A stretch of 64,000 nt of DNA from an uncultured Bacteroidales bacterium (GTDB taxonomy: Bacteria > Bacteroidota > Bacteroidia > Bacteroidales > FEN-979): assembly GCA_903903985.1 (NCBI GenBank), contig CAIVAT010000022.1:62903-126902 (forward strand), given 5' to 3'. The notes beneath the pieces are model-generated. The model did not search any database. It saw nothing but the letters and a program-made list of their open reading frames with translations, and was not told the DNA's origin. Position numbers and translations under genes: made by a program. Positions 9,503-18,374 of the stretch are shown here, in pieces. Numbering within the stretch: position 1 is the first letter of the stretch; every line of letters begins with the position of its first letter.

Positions 9503-12500
9503 ATGATCCTTAAAAATTCCCCCGGGCTTACGTTCGATTTCCTTGAAAACGGCTCAATCAGGAGTATCGAAGTTGATCCGATCAGGATAAGCATCATACA
9601 GGCAACACTGTTTTCAAGATCCAGGGCGAACCTGTATATAAGAAAAAGAACAAACCCCTTTGAATACAAACCACTGTTAGGGCCTGAAAGCAATAGTCGC
9701 TTTAGCATAACCAGCGATGCGTTTTATGCAGAGGGCAGTTGGGACGGGCTTGATTATATTTGTGTCCTTCACCTTTCAAAAACCAATCTGAGCTGGCAGT
9801 GGCGCATTGAGGTAAATAATACATCTCAAAATGCTGTTGATCTCGACCTGATCTATGTGCAGGATGCAGGGCTGAAGCAGATTTCTGACGGACTGGTCAA
9901 TGAATATTATGTAAGCCAATACATTGAACGACGTATTCTTGAAGATGAAAACCATGGTGCCGTTATATGCTGCCGCCAGAACATGAAAGAATCAGTTGGC
10001 AATCCATGGTTGATGATGGCCGCAGCAAACACTGCGGTTTCGGCAAGTGTAGACGGCATGCAGTTTTACGGTAAAACGTTCAGGGAAACAGGTATTCCGG
10101 AAGGCCTGCTCGCTGAAAGGCTTGGAGGAGAATATTCCGGAGAATCCGCAGTACTTGCCTTACAGGAAAAACCTTTCCGGCTGGCTGCAGGGGAACATCA
10201 CCAGAGTGTTTTTGTCGCGCTCTATTTGCCGGATCACCCTGAGGCCACCTCACACGATGATTTGAACCGGCTAACCAACCTGGTACTTGAATCCGGCGCT
10301 GGCCTGGCCTCTCAAAATTCTCGTCTGCCGTTCACCCCGGTTAAAAATATTTTCAATACCTCTGTTTTTTTACCCGTTGATGATTTGAGCAATGAGGAGA
10401 TTGACCGGTTTTTCGGCATTGAGCGGCGTCATTGTGAAGTTGAAAATGGTCAGTTGCTGTCATTTTTCTGTCGACAGGATATCCATGTTGTTTTACGGGC
10501 CAAAGAAATAATTGTTGACCGCCCGCATGCCCATATCATGCAGGCCCGGGGAGGGTATGCCCCCGATGAAAACATGGTATCGACGGCCTCCTTTGCCTAT
10601 GGTGTTTTCAATTCGCATCTTGCCCAGGGCAATACCAATTTTAATATTTTCCTCTCCGTTTGTTCAAGCCAGTTTAATCTCGCTCCCGAGACGGGGCAAC
10701 GGATCTTTGTTGAGCTCGGTGGCCGGAAATACCTGCTTGGAGTCCCTTCAGCTTTTGAGATCGGGCTGAACCACTGCCGGTGGATCTATAAACATGGCGA
10801 CAATTTCTTTCAGGTGCGCAGCTGGACTTCCAAAAAGGCCCCGCAGGTCAATATGGATTTCAGGGTTCTGAATGGTAAAAAAGTGAATTTCTTAATCACC
10901 CATGATTTTGATCAACTCAATGGCTGGACGATCGTGCCGGGAAGCACGGCTGGTGAGTATGTTGCGAAACCGAAAGCAGACAGCATAATTGCCGGTAAAT
11001 TTCCGCATGCACAATTCCGTTTGGTCATCAACGGCACCCATTCTGATTATACGGCTTGCGGTGACGAAGTGCTGTATAGCGACAATAAAAGTCATGGGGA
11101 CTCTTTTTTTATTCTTGATGTAAAGGAGACCTCTGATTTTTCCCTGAGTTTTACCGGGGAGGTATGCTCCCGGTCCCGGACAATTATTTTTGAAGATGCC
11201 GATGAACAGTGGCGCTCAGATTGTCAGGATGCCCGGTCTGCCTGGCAGGACCTGAGCTTAAACCTTTCGCTGAAGGGTGATCATGAAGACACTGCCGCCA
11301 TCCGGGAGATCCTCCCGTGGTACGGCATGAATGCACTGACCCATTTTTTAACACCGTATGGCCTGGAACAATTCAGCGGAGCGGCCTGGGGCACGCGCGA
11401 CATTTCCCAGGGACCGTTTGACCTGCTGTTGTGTATGGAAAAATATGAGGAAGCCAAACAGGTCCTTCGCACTATTTTCGCCAATCAGAATCCTGACGGA
11501 GGATGGCCGCAATGGTGGATGTTCGACAGTTACTCAAACATACGGGCCGACAGTGCTCATGGAGATGTAGTTTACTGGTGCATGATTGCACTTGCCAACT
11601 ATATCAAAGTTACCGGCGATATTGAAATCCTTAATGAGATTTTACCTTTTTATCATGCAACCGGTACTGCCAAAGCTGAAAAGGAAACGCTCAGCAAACA
11701 TGTCGGCAGGCTTGTTAAAATGATCGTTGACTCCTTTATTCCGGGTACTGCCCTGGTCCCCTTTGGAGGAGGCGACTGGAATGATTCCCTGCAGCCGGTA
11801 AGCAAGGACCTGGCGCAACGAATGATCTCAAGCTGGACGGTTGAAATGAATTACCAGGCCTTCAGCCAATACACGGCGGTATATGAGCAGTCCGGCAATA
11901 CCGTGAATGCAAAAGAATTGAAAGACATCTGTGAACAGATTAAATCCGATTTCAACAAATACCTGATCAGGGATGGAGTGGTTGCAGGATATGGCCTGGT
12001 TGAAGATGACGGAAGCATCAGCCTGCTGCTCCATCCGTGTGATGATAAAACCAATATCCGGTTTAGCATTTTGCCAATGAATCGCGGCATTATCAGTGGA
12101 ATTTTTACCAGGGAACAAGCGCTGCGACACCAGGATCTTATCGAACAGCACCTGAAAGGCCCGGATGGAGCCCGGTTGATGAACCGCCCGCTCAAATATA
12201 AAGGAGGGATTCAAACACTTTTTCAGAGGGCCGAAAGCAGCACCTTTTTTGGTCGCGAGATAGGGCTCATGTATGTGCATGAACACATTCGTTATGCCGA
12301 ATCGCAAGCCATTACTGGCAGGGCGGATGCTTTTGTGAAGGCACTCCGCCAGGCCATTCCGGTTGCCTACCGGGATGTTGTGCCCTGTGGGGATACCCGG
12401 CAATCAAATTGTTATTACAGCAGTTCGGATGTCACTTTTAAAAGCCGTTATGAAGCAGATGAACGATACGATGAAATAAAAACGGGAAAAATAACATTGA

Positions 12501-12847
12501 AAGGAGGATGGCGGGTCTATTCCAGCGGACCGGGTATTTTTATTGGACTGGTTGTGTCCCGGTTACTTGGTTTACGCACTGAATCGGGTAACATCATTAT
12601 CGATCCGGTCATTCCGCATTCTTTAGATGGATTATCGGCTTCAATCGATTTCAAGGGCCATTCAGCAACATTCAACTATTCAATAAAGGAAAACTGGTTT
12701 GGCGTCAAAGCCATCTCCATCAACGGGAAACCTGTACCATTCATCCATGAAGAAAACAAATACCGCCAGGGTGGGGCTGTTATTCCGACCGGTCTTTTTT
12801 TATCGATGTTGAATCAACAGGAAAATATTATTGATATTGAGCTTTAA
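9503..12847 (+). CDS. GH94 1,2-beta-oligoglucan phosphorylase (SOGP-like)
   Basis: NEYYVSQYI, CRQN, GLEQFSGAAWGTRD, WPQWWMFD, GGGDWNDSLQP, FQRAE..FFGREIGLMYVHEHIRY, GGWRVYSSGPG; 1114 aa. ATG directly follows the GH35 stop. Confidence 0.85.
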   Translation: MILKNSPGLTFDFLENGSIRSIEVDPIRISIIQATLFSRSRANLYIRKRTNPFEYKPLLGPESNSRFSITSDAFYAEGSWDGLDYICVLHLSKTNLSWQWRIEVNNTSQNAVDLDLIYVQDAGLKQISDGLVNEYYVSQYIERRILEDENHGAVICCRQNMKESVGNPWLMMAAANTAVSASVDGMQFYGKTFRETGIPEGLLAERLGGEYSGESAVLALQEKPFRLAAGEHHQSVFVALYLPDHPEATSHDDLNRLTNLVLESGAGLASQNSRLPFTPVKNIFNTSVFLPVDDLSNEEIDRFFGIERRHCEVENGQLLSFFCRQDIHVVLRAKEIIVDRPHAHIMQARGGYAPDENMVSTASFAYGVFNSHLAQGNTNFNIFLSVCSSQFNLAPETGQRIFVELGGRKYLLGVPSAFEIGLNHCRWIYKHGDNFFQVRSWTSKKAPQVNMDFRVLNGKKVNFLITHDFDQLNGWTIVPGSTAGEYVAKPKADSIIAGKFPHAQFRLVINGTHSDYTACGDEVLYSDNKSHGDSFFILDVKETSDFSLSFTGEVCSRSRTIIFEDADEQWRSDCQDARSAWQDLSLNLSLKGDHEDTAAIREILPWYGMNALTHFLTPYGLEQFSGAAWGTRDISQGPFDLLLCMEKYEEAKQVLRTIFANQNPDGGWPQWWMFDSYSNIRADSAHGDVVYWCMIALANYIKVTGDIEILNEILPFYHATGTAKAEKETLSKHVGRLVKMIVDSFIPGTALVPFGGGDWNDSLQPVSKDLAQRMISSWTVEMNYQAFSQYTAVYEQSGNTVNAKELKDICEQIKSDFNKYLIRDGVVAGYGLVEDDGSISLLLHPCDDKTNIRFSILPMNRGIISGIFTREQALRHQDLIEQHLKGPDGARLMNRPLKYKGGIQTLFQRAESSTFFGREIGLMYVHEHIRYAESQAITGRADAFVKALRQAIPVAYRDVVPCGDTRQSNCYYSSSDVTFKSRYEADERYDEIKTGKITLKGGWRVYSSGPGIFIGLVVSRLLGLRTESGNIIIDPVIPHSLDGLSASIDFKGHSATFNYSIKENWFGVKAISINGKPVPFIHEENKYRQGGAVIPTGLFLSMLNQQENIIDIEL

Positions 12848-12868
12848 GAAGGGAACTCCTGCCGGATT

Positions 12869-14620
12869 TCACCCGAGTAAACTGATGATCTCCTGCTGAA
12901 GTATTTCAAAGGTGAATGGCTTGCTCACATACCCGTCCATCCCTGCCCCGAGGTATAATTCGCGATCACCTTTCATGGCATTGGCAGTCAAAGCCATAAT
13001 GATCGAATGGCGGGAACTCCCTTTTTCCTCTTCCCGGATGGCTTTGGCCACCTGGTATCCATCCATAAATGGCATCTGAATGTCCAGAATGATCAGATCA
13101 TAGTTTCTGGCATGGTACATGTCGAAGGCTTGCTGCCCATCATCAGCCAAGTCGACTTCGAATCCCATTTTTTTTAACTGGAAGTTAACGATCCGTTGGT
13201 TGATGGCATTGTCTTCAGCTACCAATACCCGTTTCTGTGCAAACCCTGCCCTTTCTTCAGAATGGTTGTTCATGGACTGATCCTTCTGCGTTTTAGACAC
13301 GGTAAACGGCAGTGTGAACCAAAACATGGAACCTCTGCCAGGATTGCTTTCCACCCCGATATGGCCCCCCATGGCATCGGCCAGTTTTTTACAGATCGAG
13401 AGACCCAGTCCGGTTCCGGAAATCAGTTTTGATTTGTCTTGTTTTAACCTGGAAAAAACCTGGAAGAGGGAGTTCAACGACTCTTTCGGGATGCCGATAC
13501 CGGTGTCAACCACTTCAAATCTTAACTTCACCGCGTTGTCAGTGTGTTCAACCTGACGAATGTGAACCTCAATTTTTCCCTGCTCGGTAAATTTTATAGC
13601 ATTGTTCGTCAGGTTGATTATGATCTGCCGCAGGCGCTTTGAATCGCCGATCAGGAGGTTTGAGACATTGTGACCGGTAAAAATGTCAAATCCCAGGGAT
13701 TTTTCAGAAGCCTTCAATTTCATGACCAGGGAGATGTCCTCCATTACCCGGTCGAGCATGAAAGGTTGAAGGTCCATCTCCAGTTTTCCGGCTTCAATGA
13801 CTGAAAAATCGAGCACGTCATTCAGTAAAACAAGCAGGTTCTCAGCGGAGGAGATGATGCCGTTCAATAAATCCATTTGCTCAGGTGCAAGTGGTGAACT
13901 TCTTAAAATTTCAGACAATCCCAAAATACCGTTCATGGGAGTTCGAAACTCGTGCGACACACTGGCGATAAACTCATTTTTGGCCAGTGTTCCTGCTTCG
14001 GCCAATTCTTTCGAATGCCGGAGTTCTTCCTCATAAAGGATACGTTCGGTAATATCCCATGAAATGCCTATCAATCCGATGATCCGGTTTTCAGCATTCC
14101 TGATCGGGGCAATGCTGCTGTTCACCCATCGCTTCAGGTCATTATGATCCAATTCCTCTTCGATATCATATAATGCAGTGCCGGTTTCGATCACCGAAGC
14201 CTCTTTTTTAATATATTCCGTATTGTTGTATCCGGGGAAAATATCCTGGATCTTTTTTCCGGTAATTTTTTCTGCCGGAATTCCTGCCAATTCAACAAAT
14301 GGCTGGTTTACAAGGATGTAATTAAGGTGTACGTCTTTGAAGTAAACAAAAGCCGGGATGGTATTGAGCAACGCTGAAAGCTCTTCAGCACGGATTTTCA
14401 GGTTGTCGGAGACCTTCTTCAGATCGGCAGAAGTCCTGGTAAGCAGTGAGGAGAAGATGCTCTTTTCCTTACTGGACCGTTGATATTTAAACAGCAGTTT
14501 ATCATAGTCTGCATTGACCTTCTTCAGCTCCTCTATGATCTGTTCCTTGCGGACGGAAAAATCTTCCGGATTTTGATATCCTGAAAGTTCTTCAATTAGC
14601 ATGAGAATTTTAAGCGACAT
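12869..14620 (-). CDS. Cytoplasmic hybrid sensor histidine kinase (coiled coil-PAS-HisKA-HATPase-REC)
   Basis: PAS (IPAFVYFKD...WDITER), SHEFRTPMNG, NNAIKFT, DTGIG, GTGLGL, LVAEDN...LDIQMP...KP. Likely start ATG 14620 overlaps the FIST stop. Confidence 0.92.
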   Translation of the reverse strand: MSLKILMLIEELSGYQNPEDFSVRKEQIIEELKKVNADYDKLLFKYQRSSKEKSIFSSLLTRTSADLKKVSDNLKIRAEELSALLNTIPAFVYFKDVHLNYILVNQPFVELAGIPAEKITGKKIQDIFPGYNNTEYIKKEASVIETGTALYDIEEELDHNDLKRWVNSSIAPIRNAENRIIGLIGISWDITERILYEEELRHSKELAEAGTLAKNEFIASVSHEFRTPMNGILGLSEILRSSPLAPEQMDLLNGIISSAENLLVLLNDVLDFSVIEAGKLEMDLQPFMLDRVMEDISLVMKLKASEKSLGFDIFTGHNVSNLLIGDSKRLRQIIINLTNNAIKFTEQGKIEVHIRQVEHTDNAVKLRFEVVDTGIGIPKESLNSLFQVFSRLKQDKSKLISGTGLGLSICKKLADAMGGHIGVESNPGRGSMFWFTLPFTVSKTQKDQSMNNHSEERAGFAQKRVLVAEDNAINQRIVNFQLKKMGFEVDLADDGQQAFDMYHARNYDLIILDIQMPFMDGYQVAKAIREEEKGSSRHSIIMALTANAMKGDRELYLGAGMDGYVSKPFTFEILQQEIISLLG

Positions 14621-15752
14621 CTGGTTTTTGCTTAATGGAAACCATGGTGAATGTTTCATTATGAAATTCACAGGAGGCATGCTCAAAATTTCCGATTTCA
14701 CCATAGGTGAAAAACCCGATCAGTGGTTTGTCCCAGTTTTGCCATGCATGATCAATTTCTTCTGAAATTGTCGGCCCCAGCGCATTGTGGCGGGCCATGC
14801 AGGAAAACAGGATCAAAACATCGGTTTCACTGTTTTTAATGTAAAAATTATTGACTTTTCTACGCGTATCTTCAATAATTTCTAACCCGGGTGAACTGGA
14901 AAAAGTAACGACTGCCCCGTTGGGGACGGTGCCTGCAAAAATCAGTGCTTTTTTCTTGATATCGACGTTGATCACCGCCCGCAGCACATCCGGCGATCCT
15001 GTTTTCTTTATCAACAGCGGAAATTCAACACCTATTTCAGGGAGGTCTGCATCGCCTATATTCAAATAATCTTTATAAACATCCAGTGCGGGCTGGTCGT
15101 CGATGGTATACACAATATTGCCTTCTGAATGGGTGATGATTTTGTCAGCACCGATACTCACCCATCCGCTGGTAGCAATTCCATCGATATCGTACTTTTC
15201 AGCATTAAAAACCAAAGCCATCGCGCCATTGTTCTCAAGGTTATTTTCTGAGAATACAAACGTTTCATTGAACCGAGCATCATCGCCCGCCAAACCGCCA
15301 AACAACCTGATATGGTCTCCGGCAAGATGCTGGATGCCTCGTACCATTTGTTCGCCATCCATGTCAAGGCCGCTTCCGAGTACGAGAATTGCCGGTTTTT
15401 CAAAAACATCTGCCGCCCATTTCCCGATGCTTTCTCCCAGGCTGAAGGAAGTTTGACCCTTGCCGTGGAAAAGCCTGATCTCAAAGGACCCGGGGATCAG
15501 TTCCATCATCAGGCATACCAATCCGCCATCGGTGATCACCTGGTTACTCCGATCATATAAAAATTCACCGCATGAACTGCACCCAAACACATTTACATGG
15601 CGGGGCTTTAAAAAAGTGATGATATCCTTCAGCTCAAGGTCTACTGACGAAAAAACGATCGCAACATTGGGCTGAAAACCATCGCTTGTGTTTTCAATCC
15701 ATGCTTGCATGAAATTCTTAATGGAATCGGAATAGAACGTTTTCAAATACAT
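14610..15752 (-). CDS. FIST N/C domain protein (NosP-like)
   Basis: VFGCSSCGE, LFGGLAGD, IDDQPAL..Y, FSCMAR, GFFTYGEIG, FHNET. Start ATG 15752 lies downstream of a TATATTTG promoter. Confidence 0.9.
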   Translation of the reverse strand: MYLKTFYSDSIKNFMQAWIENTSDGFQPNVAIVFSSVDLELKDIITFLKPRHVNVFGCSSCGEFLYDRSNQVITDGGLVCLMMELIPGSFEIRLFHGKGQTSFSLGESIGKWAADVFEKPAILVLGSGLDMDGEQMVRGIQHLAGDHIRLFGGLAGDDARFNETFVFSENNLENNGAMALVFNAEKYDIDGIATSGWVSIGADKIITHSEGNIVYTIDDQPALDVYKDYLNIGDADLPEIGVEFPLLIKKTGSPDVLRAVINVDIKKKALIFAGTVPNGAVVTFSSSPGLEIIEDTRRKVNNFYIKNSETDVLILFSCMARHNALGPTISEEIDHAWQNWDKPLIGFFTYGEIGNFEHASCEFHNETFTMVSIKQKPDVA

Positions 15753-15783
15753 ATTGGTATGTTTGAGGTCGGTTTGCGTGTAA

Positions 15784-15791
15784 CAAATATA
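15784..15791 (-). promoter_or_regulatory. Bacteroidota -7 promoter element (TATATTTG) for the FIST-HK operon
   Basis: caaatata on the + strand ~30 nt upstream of the FIST ATG; a divergent TATTTTTG at 15852-15859 precedes the T9SS gene. Confidence 0.55.
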
Positions 15792-15877
15792 CAAATTTCG
15801 CCAAATGGATCATTTGTTTTCAAAGGTAATTGTTCGGACAGAGAATAACGCTATTTTTGCAGTCTAATATTCCCTTC

Positions 15878-18250
15878 ATGCAAAACAAAATTTACCCTTT
15901 ATTAATATTGCTTTTCACTCTCCGGGTCGCAACAGCCCAGGAGACCAGGTTAATACCCAGAGTTGACCATGCCGTTTACTTTGATATTTCTCCCCCGCTC
16001 AGGGATATGCAGCCATCAGCAATGGTTCAGATTGACAGAAGCTGGAAAGACGGAGTCGTGAACAATTATGTTGATTTTTCGGGAGATGCTCACCGAAAGC
16101 CTGGCCAATACGACCAGGGGACGCAGGAGTATTTCGGGAAACTTCTTGCAGATACCACGATCCGGAATTTTGACGGTATGGGAAACATCGGTGGCTCTGT
16201 GCCCCCCGACACCCATGGCGATGTGGGCTTCAACCATTATTTCCAGGTAATCAACAGTTCCTATTCGATTTATAATAAAAGTGGAGTAAAAATTTTCGGC
16301 CCTGCCGTCAGCAGTTCGGTATGGGCGGGCATGCCAAACAATACAAACAGCGGGGATGCCGTTGTTTTGTTTGATGAACAGGCCAACCGGTGGATCTTCT
16401 CTCAATTTTCCCTCCCGTTCGGCTCCTCAACCGCTCCTTTTTATCAGATGATCGCGGTATCCCAAACGCCCGATCCGATGGGAAGCTGGTACAGATGGTC
16501 CTATGAATTCAACGCCTTGCCCGATTATCCCAAGTTTGGCGTGTGGCCTGATGGATATTATATGTCGTCCAACAACTTTGGCGTTGGCGGGGCAGGATTT
16601 ACCAATGGAGCCTATTCATACGACCGCACCGCGATGCTTGCCGGAAGTCCCAGTGCTCAGCGGATTTCGTTCACGGTATCTCCCGGTGCCGATGGATCAG
16701 TCACCTTTATGCCTGCAGATTGCGATGGTTCATTCCCGCCTGTGGGAACTCCCAACTATTTCACCTACATCCGAACCGGGGGAACGCAACGTCTGGGCAT
16801 TTATGAATTTCATTCTGATTGGACCACACCGGCCAATTCCACTTTTGCAAACCTGACCCATCTGAATGTCACCCCGTTCATCTCCCTGGGATGGGGCGAC
16901 GGAATTCCGCAGAAAGAATCCCCGCAACTGCTGGAGACCCTTGGCGACAGGCTGATGTATCGGACACAGTACAGGCAATTCAATGGATATTCATCAATGG
17001 TCCTGAATCATTCAGTAGGCACCGGGCTGGAGAGCGCGGGGATCCGGTGGTATGAATTAAGGAATACCGGAACAGGCTGGAATATTTACCAGCAGTCAAC
17101 CTATGCGCCGGCCGACGGCAATTCAAGATGGATGGGAAGCATTGCACAGGATACAGCCGGCACCATTTCCCTGGGCTATTCAATTTCAAGTGCCAGCATG
17201 TATCCCGGAATCCGCTATACCGGAAGGATCAAAACAGACCCCTTGAACCAGATGACCATCATGGAAAGAACAATTGTGAACGGAGGAGGTTCTCAGACAG
17301 GAATCTGGAGCGGTCGAAGCCGCTGGGGCGATTACAGCGCCATGAGTATCGATCCTTCATCTCCTACAACTTTCTGGTTTACAACGGAATATTATGCTTC
17401 AACCTCTTCAAGCAACTGGCAAACACGCATCGCCTCTTTTACCTTTGGCAATGTGTTTTCATCGGCTGCATCGGTATTTCCCTCACTCCGCTGCGGCGCC
17501 AATGCTGACTCATCACAACTAAATGCCTATGGGTATGGAGGGAGTGGAACCTATACCTATTCCTGGACATCAATCCCTGCGGGATTTACCTCCACCCTGC
17601 AAAATCCAAAGGTCTACCCGGTGCAAACAACCAAATATATTGTTGCAACCAGCGATGGCATTCTAACAAGAATTGACACCGCTGAAGTGCGTATTGTTGA
17701 AGCACCAACAGCATTTGCAGGAAATGACACCACGGTTTGCTGGTACATCTCCCCTGTTCCGGTGAATGCAACGGCAACAAATTATGACCATTTCCTTTTA
17801 GGGACAACGGGCGACGGGACTTTTACGAATCCATCCTCACTTACCACAGATTATATCCCCGGGATCCGGGATAAAACATCAGGCGGCGTTACGTTAAAAC
17901 TCATTGTTTGGCCAGTATCCCCTTGTTCGGCGAAAGCCACAAGTACGAAGCACATCATTCTTGATCCCTGCACAGGTGTTGATGACCATCCATTCCCTGA
18001 ACTGAGCATGGTTATAAAGCCCAATCCCGCTCATGGCAAGATGTCGGTAAACATAACCGGTTTGCCTCGCACCGCTGAACTTTCAATAATCGCACCGGAT
18101 GGGCGTATGGTCTATTCCACCTCCATTGATCCGGACGCTGACCGGTCAGCAACAGAGCTAATGGATGTAACTTCCTATCCGAAAGGCCTGTATGTAATGA
18201 AGCTGAAATCAGAAAACAAAGTATTGGTTTCCCGGTTCATCGTGCAATAA
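15878..18250 (+). CDS. T9SS type A sorting domain protein with uncharacterised N-terminal (probable beta-propeller) domain
   Basis: Signal peptide; PPDTHGDVG, DYPKFGVWPDGYY, GIRWYELR, RWMGSIA, RWGDYSAMSIDP; Ig-like stalks; CTD IKPNPA...GLYVMKL...RFIVQ. Confidence 0.8.
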   Translation: MQNKIYPLLILLFTLRVATAQETRLIPRVDHAVYFDISPPLRDMQPSAMVQIDRSWKDGVVNNYVDFSGDAHRKPGQYDQGTQEYFGKLLADTTIRNFDGMGNIGGSVPPDTHGDVGFNHYFQVINSSYSIYNKSGVKIFGPAVSSSVWAGMPNNTNSGDAVVLFDEQANRWIFSQFSLPFGSSTAPFYQMIAVSQTPDPMGSWYRWSYEFNALPDYPKFGVWPDGYYMSSNNFGVGGAGFTNGAYSYDRTAMLAGSPSAQRISFTVSPGADGSVTFMPADCDGSFPPVGTPNYFTYIRTGGTQRLGIYEFHSDWTTPANSTFANLTHLNVTPFISLGWGDGIPQKESPQLLETLGDRLMYRTQYRQFNGYSSMVLNHSVGTGLESAGIRWYELRNTGTGWNIYQQSTYAPADGNSRWMGSIAQDTAGTISLGYSISSASMYPGIRYTGRIKTDPLNQMTIMERTIVNGGGSQTGIWSGRSRWGDYSAMSIDPSSPTTFWFTTEYYASTSSSNWQTRIASFTFGNVFSSAASVFPSLRCGANADSSQLNAYGYGGSGTYTYSWTSIPAGFTSTLQNPKVYPVQTTKYIVATSDGILTRIDTAEVRIVEAPTAFAGNDTTVCWYISPVPVNATATNYDHFLLGTTGDGTFTNPSSLTTDYIPGIRDKTSGGVTLKLIVWPVSPCSAKATSTKHIILDPCTGVDDHPFPELSMVIKPNPAHGKMSVNITGLPRTAELSIIAPDGRMVYSTSIDPDADRSATELMDVTSYPKGLYVMKLKSENKVLVSRFIVQ

Positions 18251-18262
18251 ACGACGGGTTTT

Positions 18263-18370
18263 ATTGAAGAACCTCGCGGCAAACCACGAGGTTCTTCGAT
18301 CCCATAGGATTTAATGTTTTTGCTCGCTAACCCCGTCGCAAGGGCGGGGAATACGCTCGCGGCATTCAAT
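18263..18370. repeat. ~108-bp palindromic non-autonomous element (copy A)
   Basis: Ends ATTGAA...TTCAAT; internal hairpins gaagaacctcg-cgaggttcttc and ccccgtc-ggcgggg; colinear with 43013-43119. Confidence 0.75.
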
Positions 18371-18374
18371 TTCC

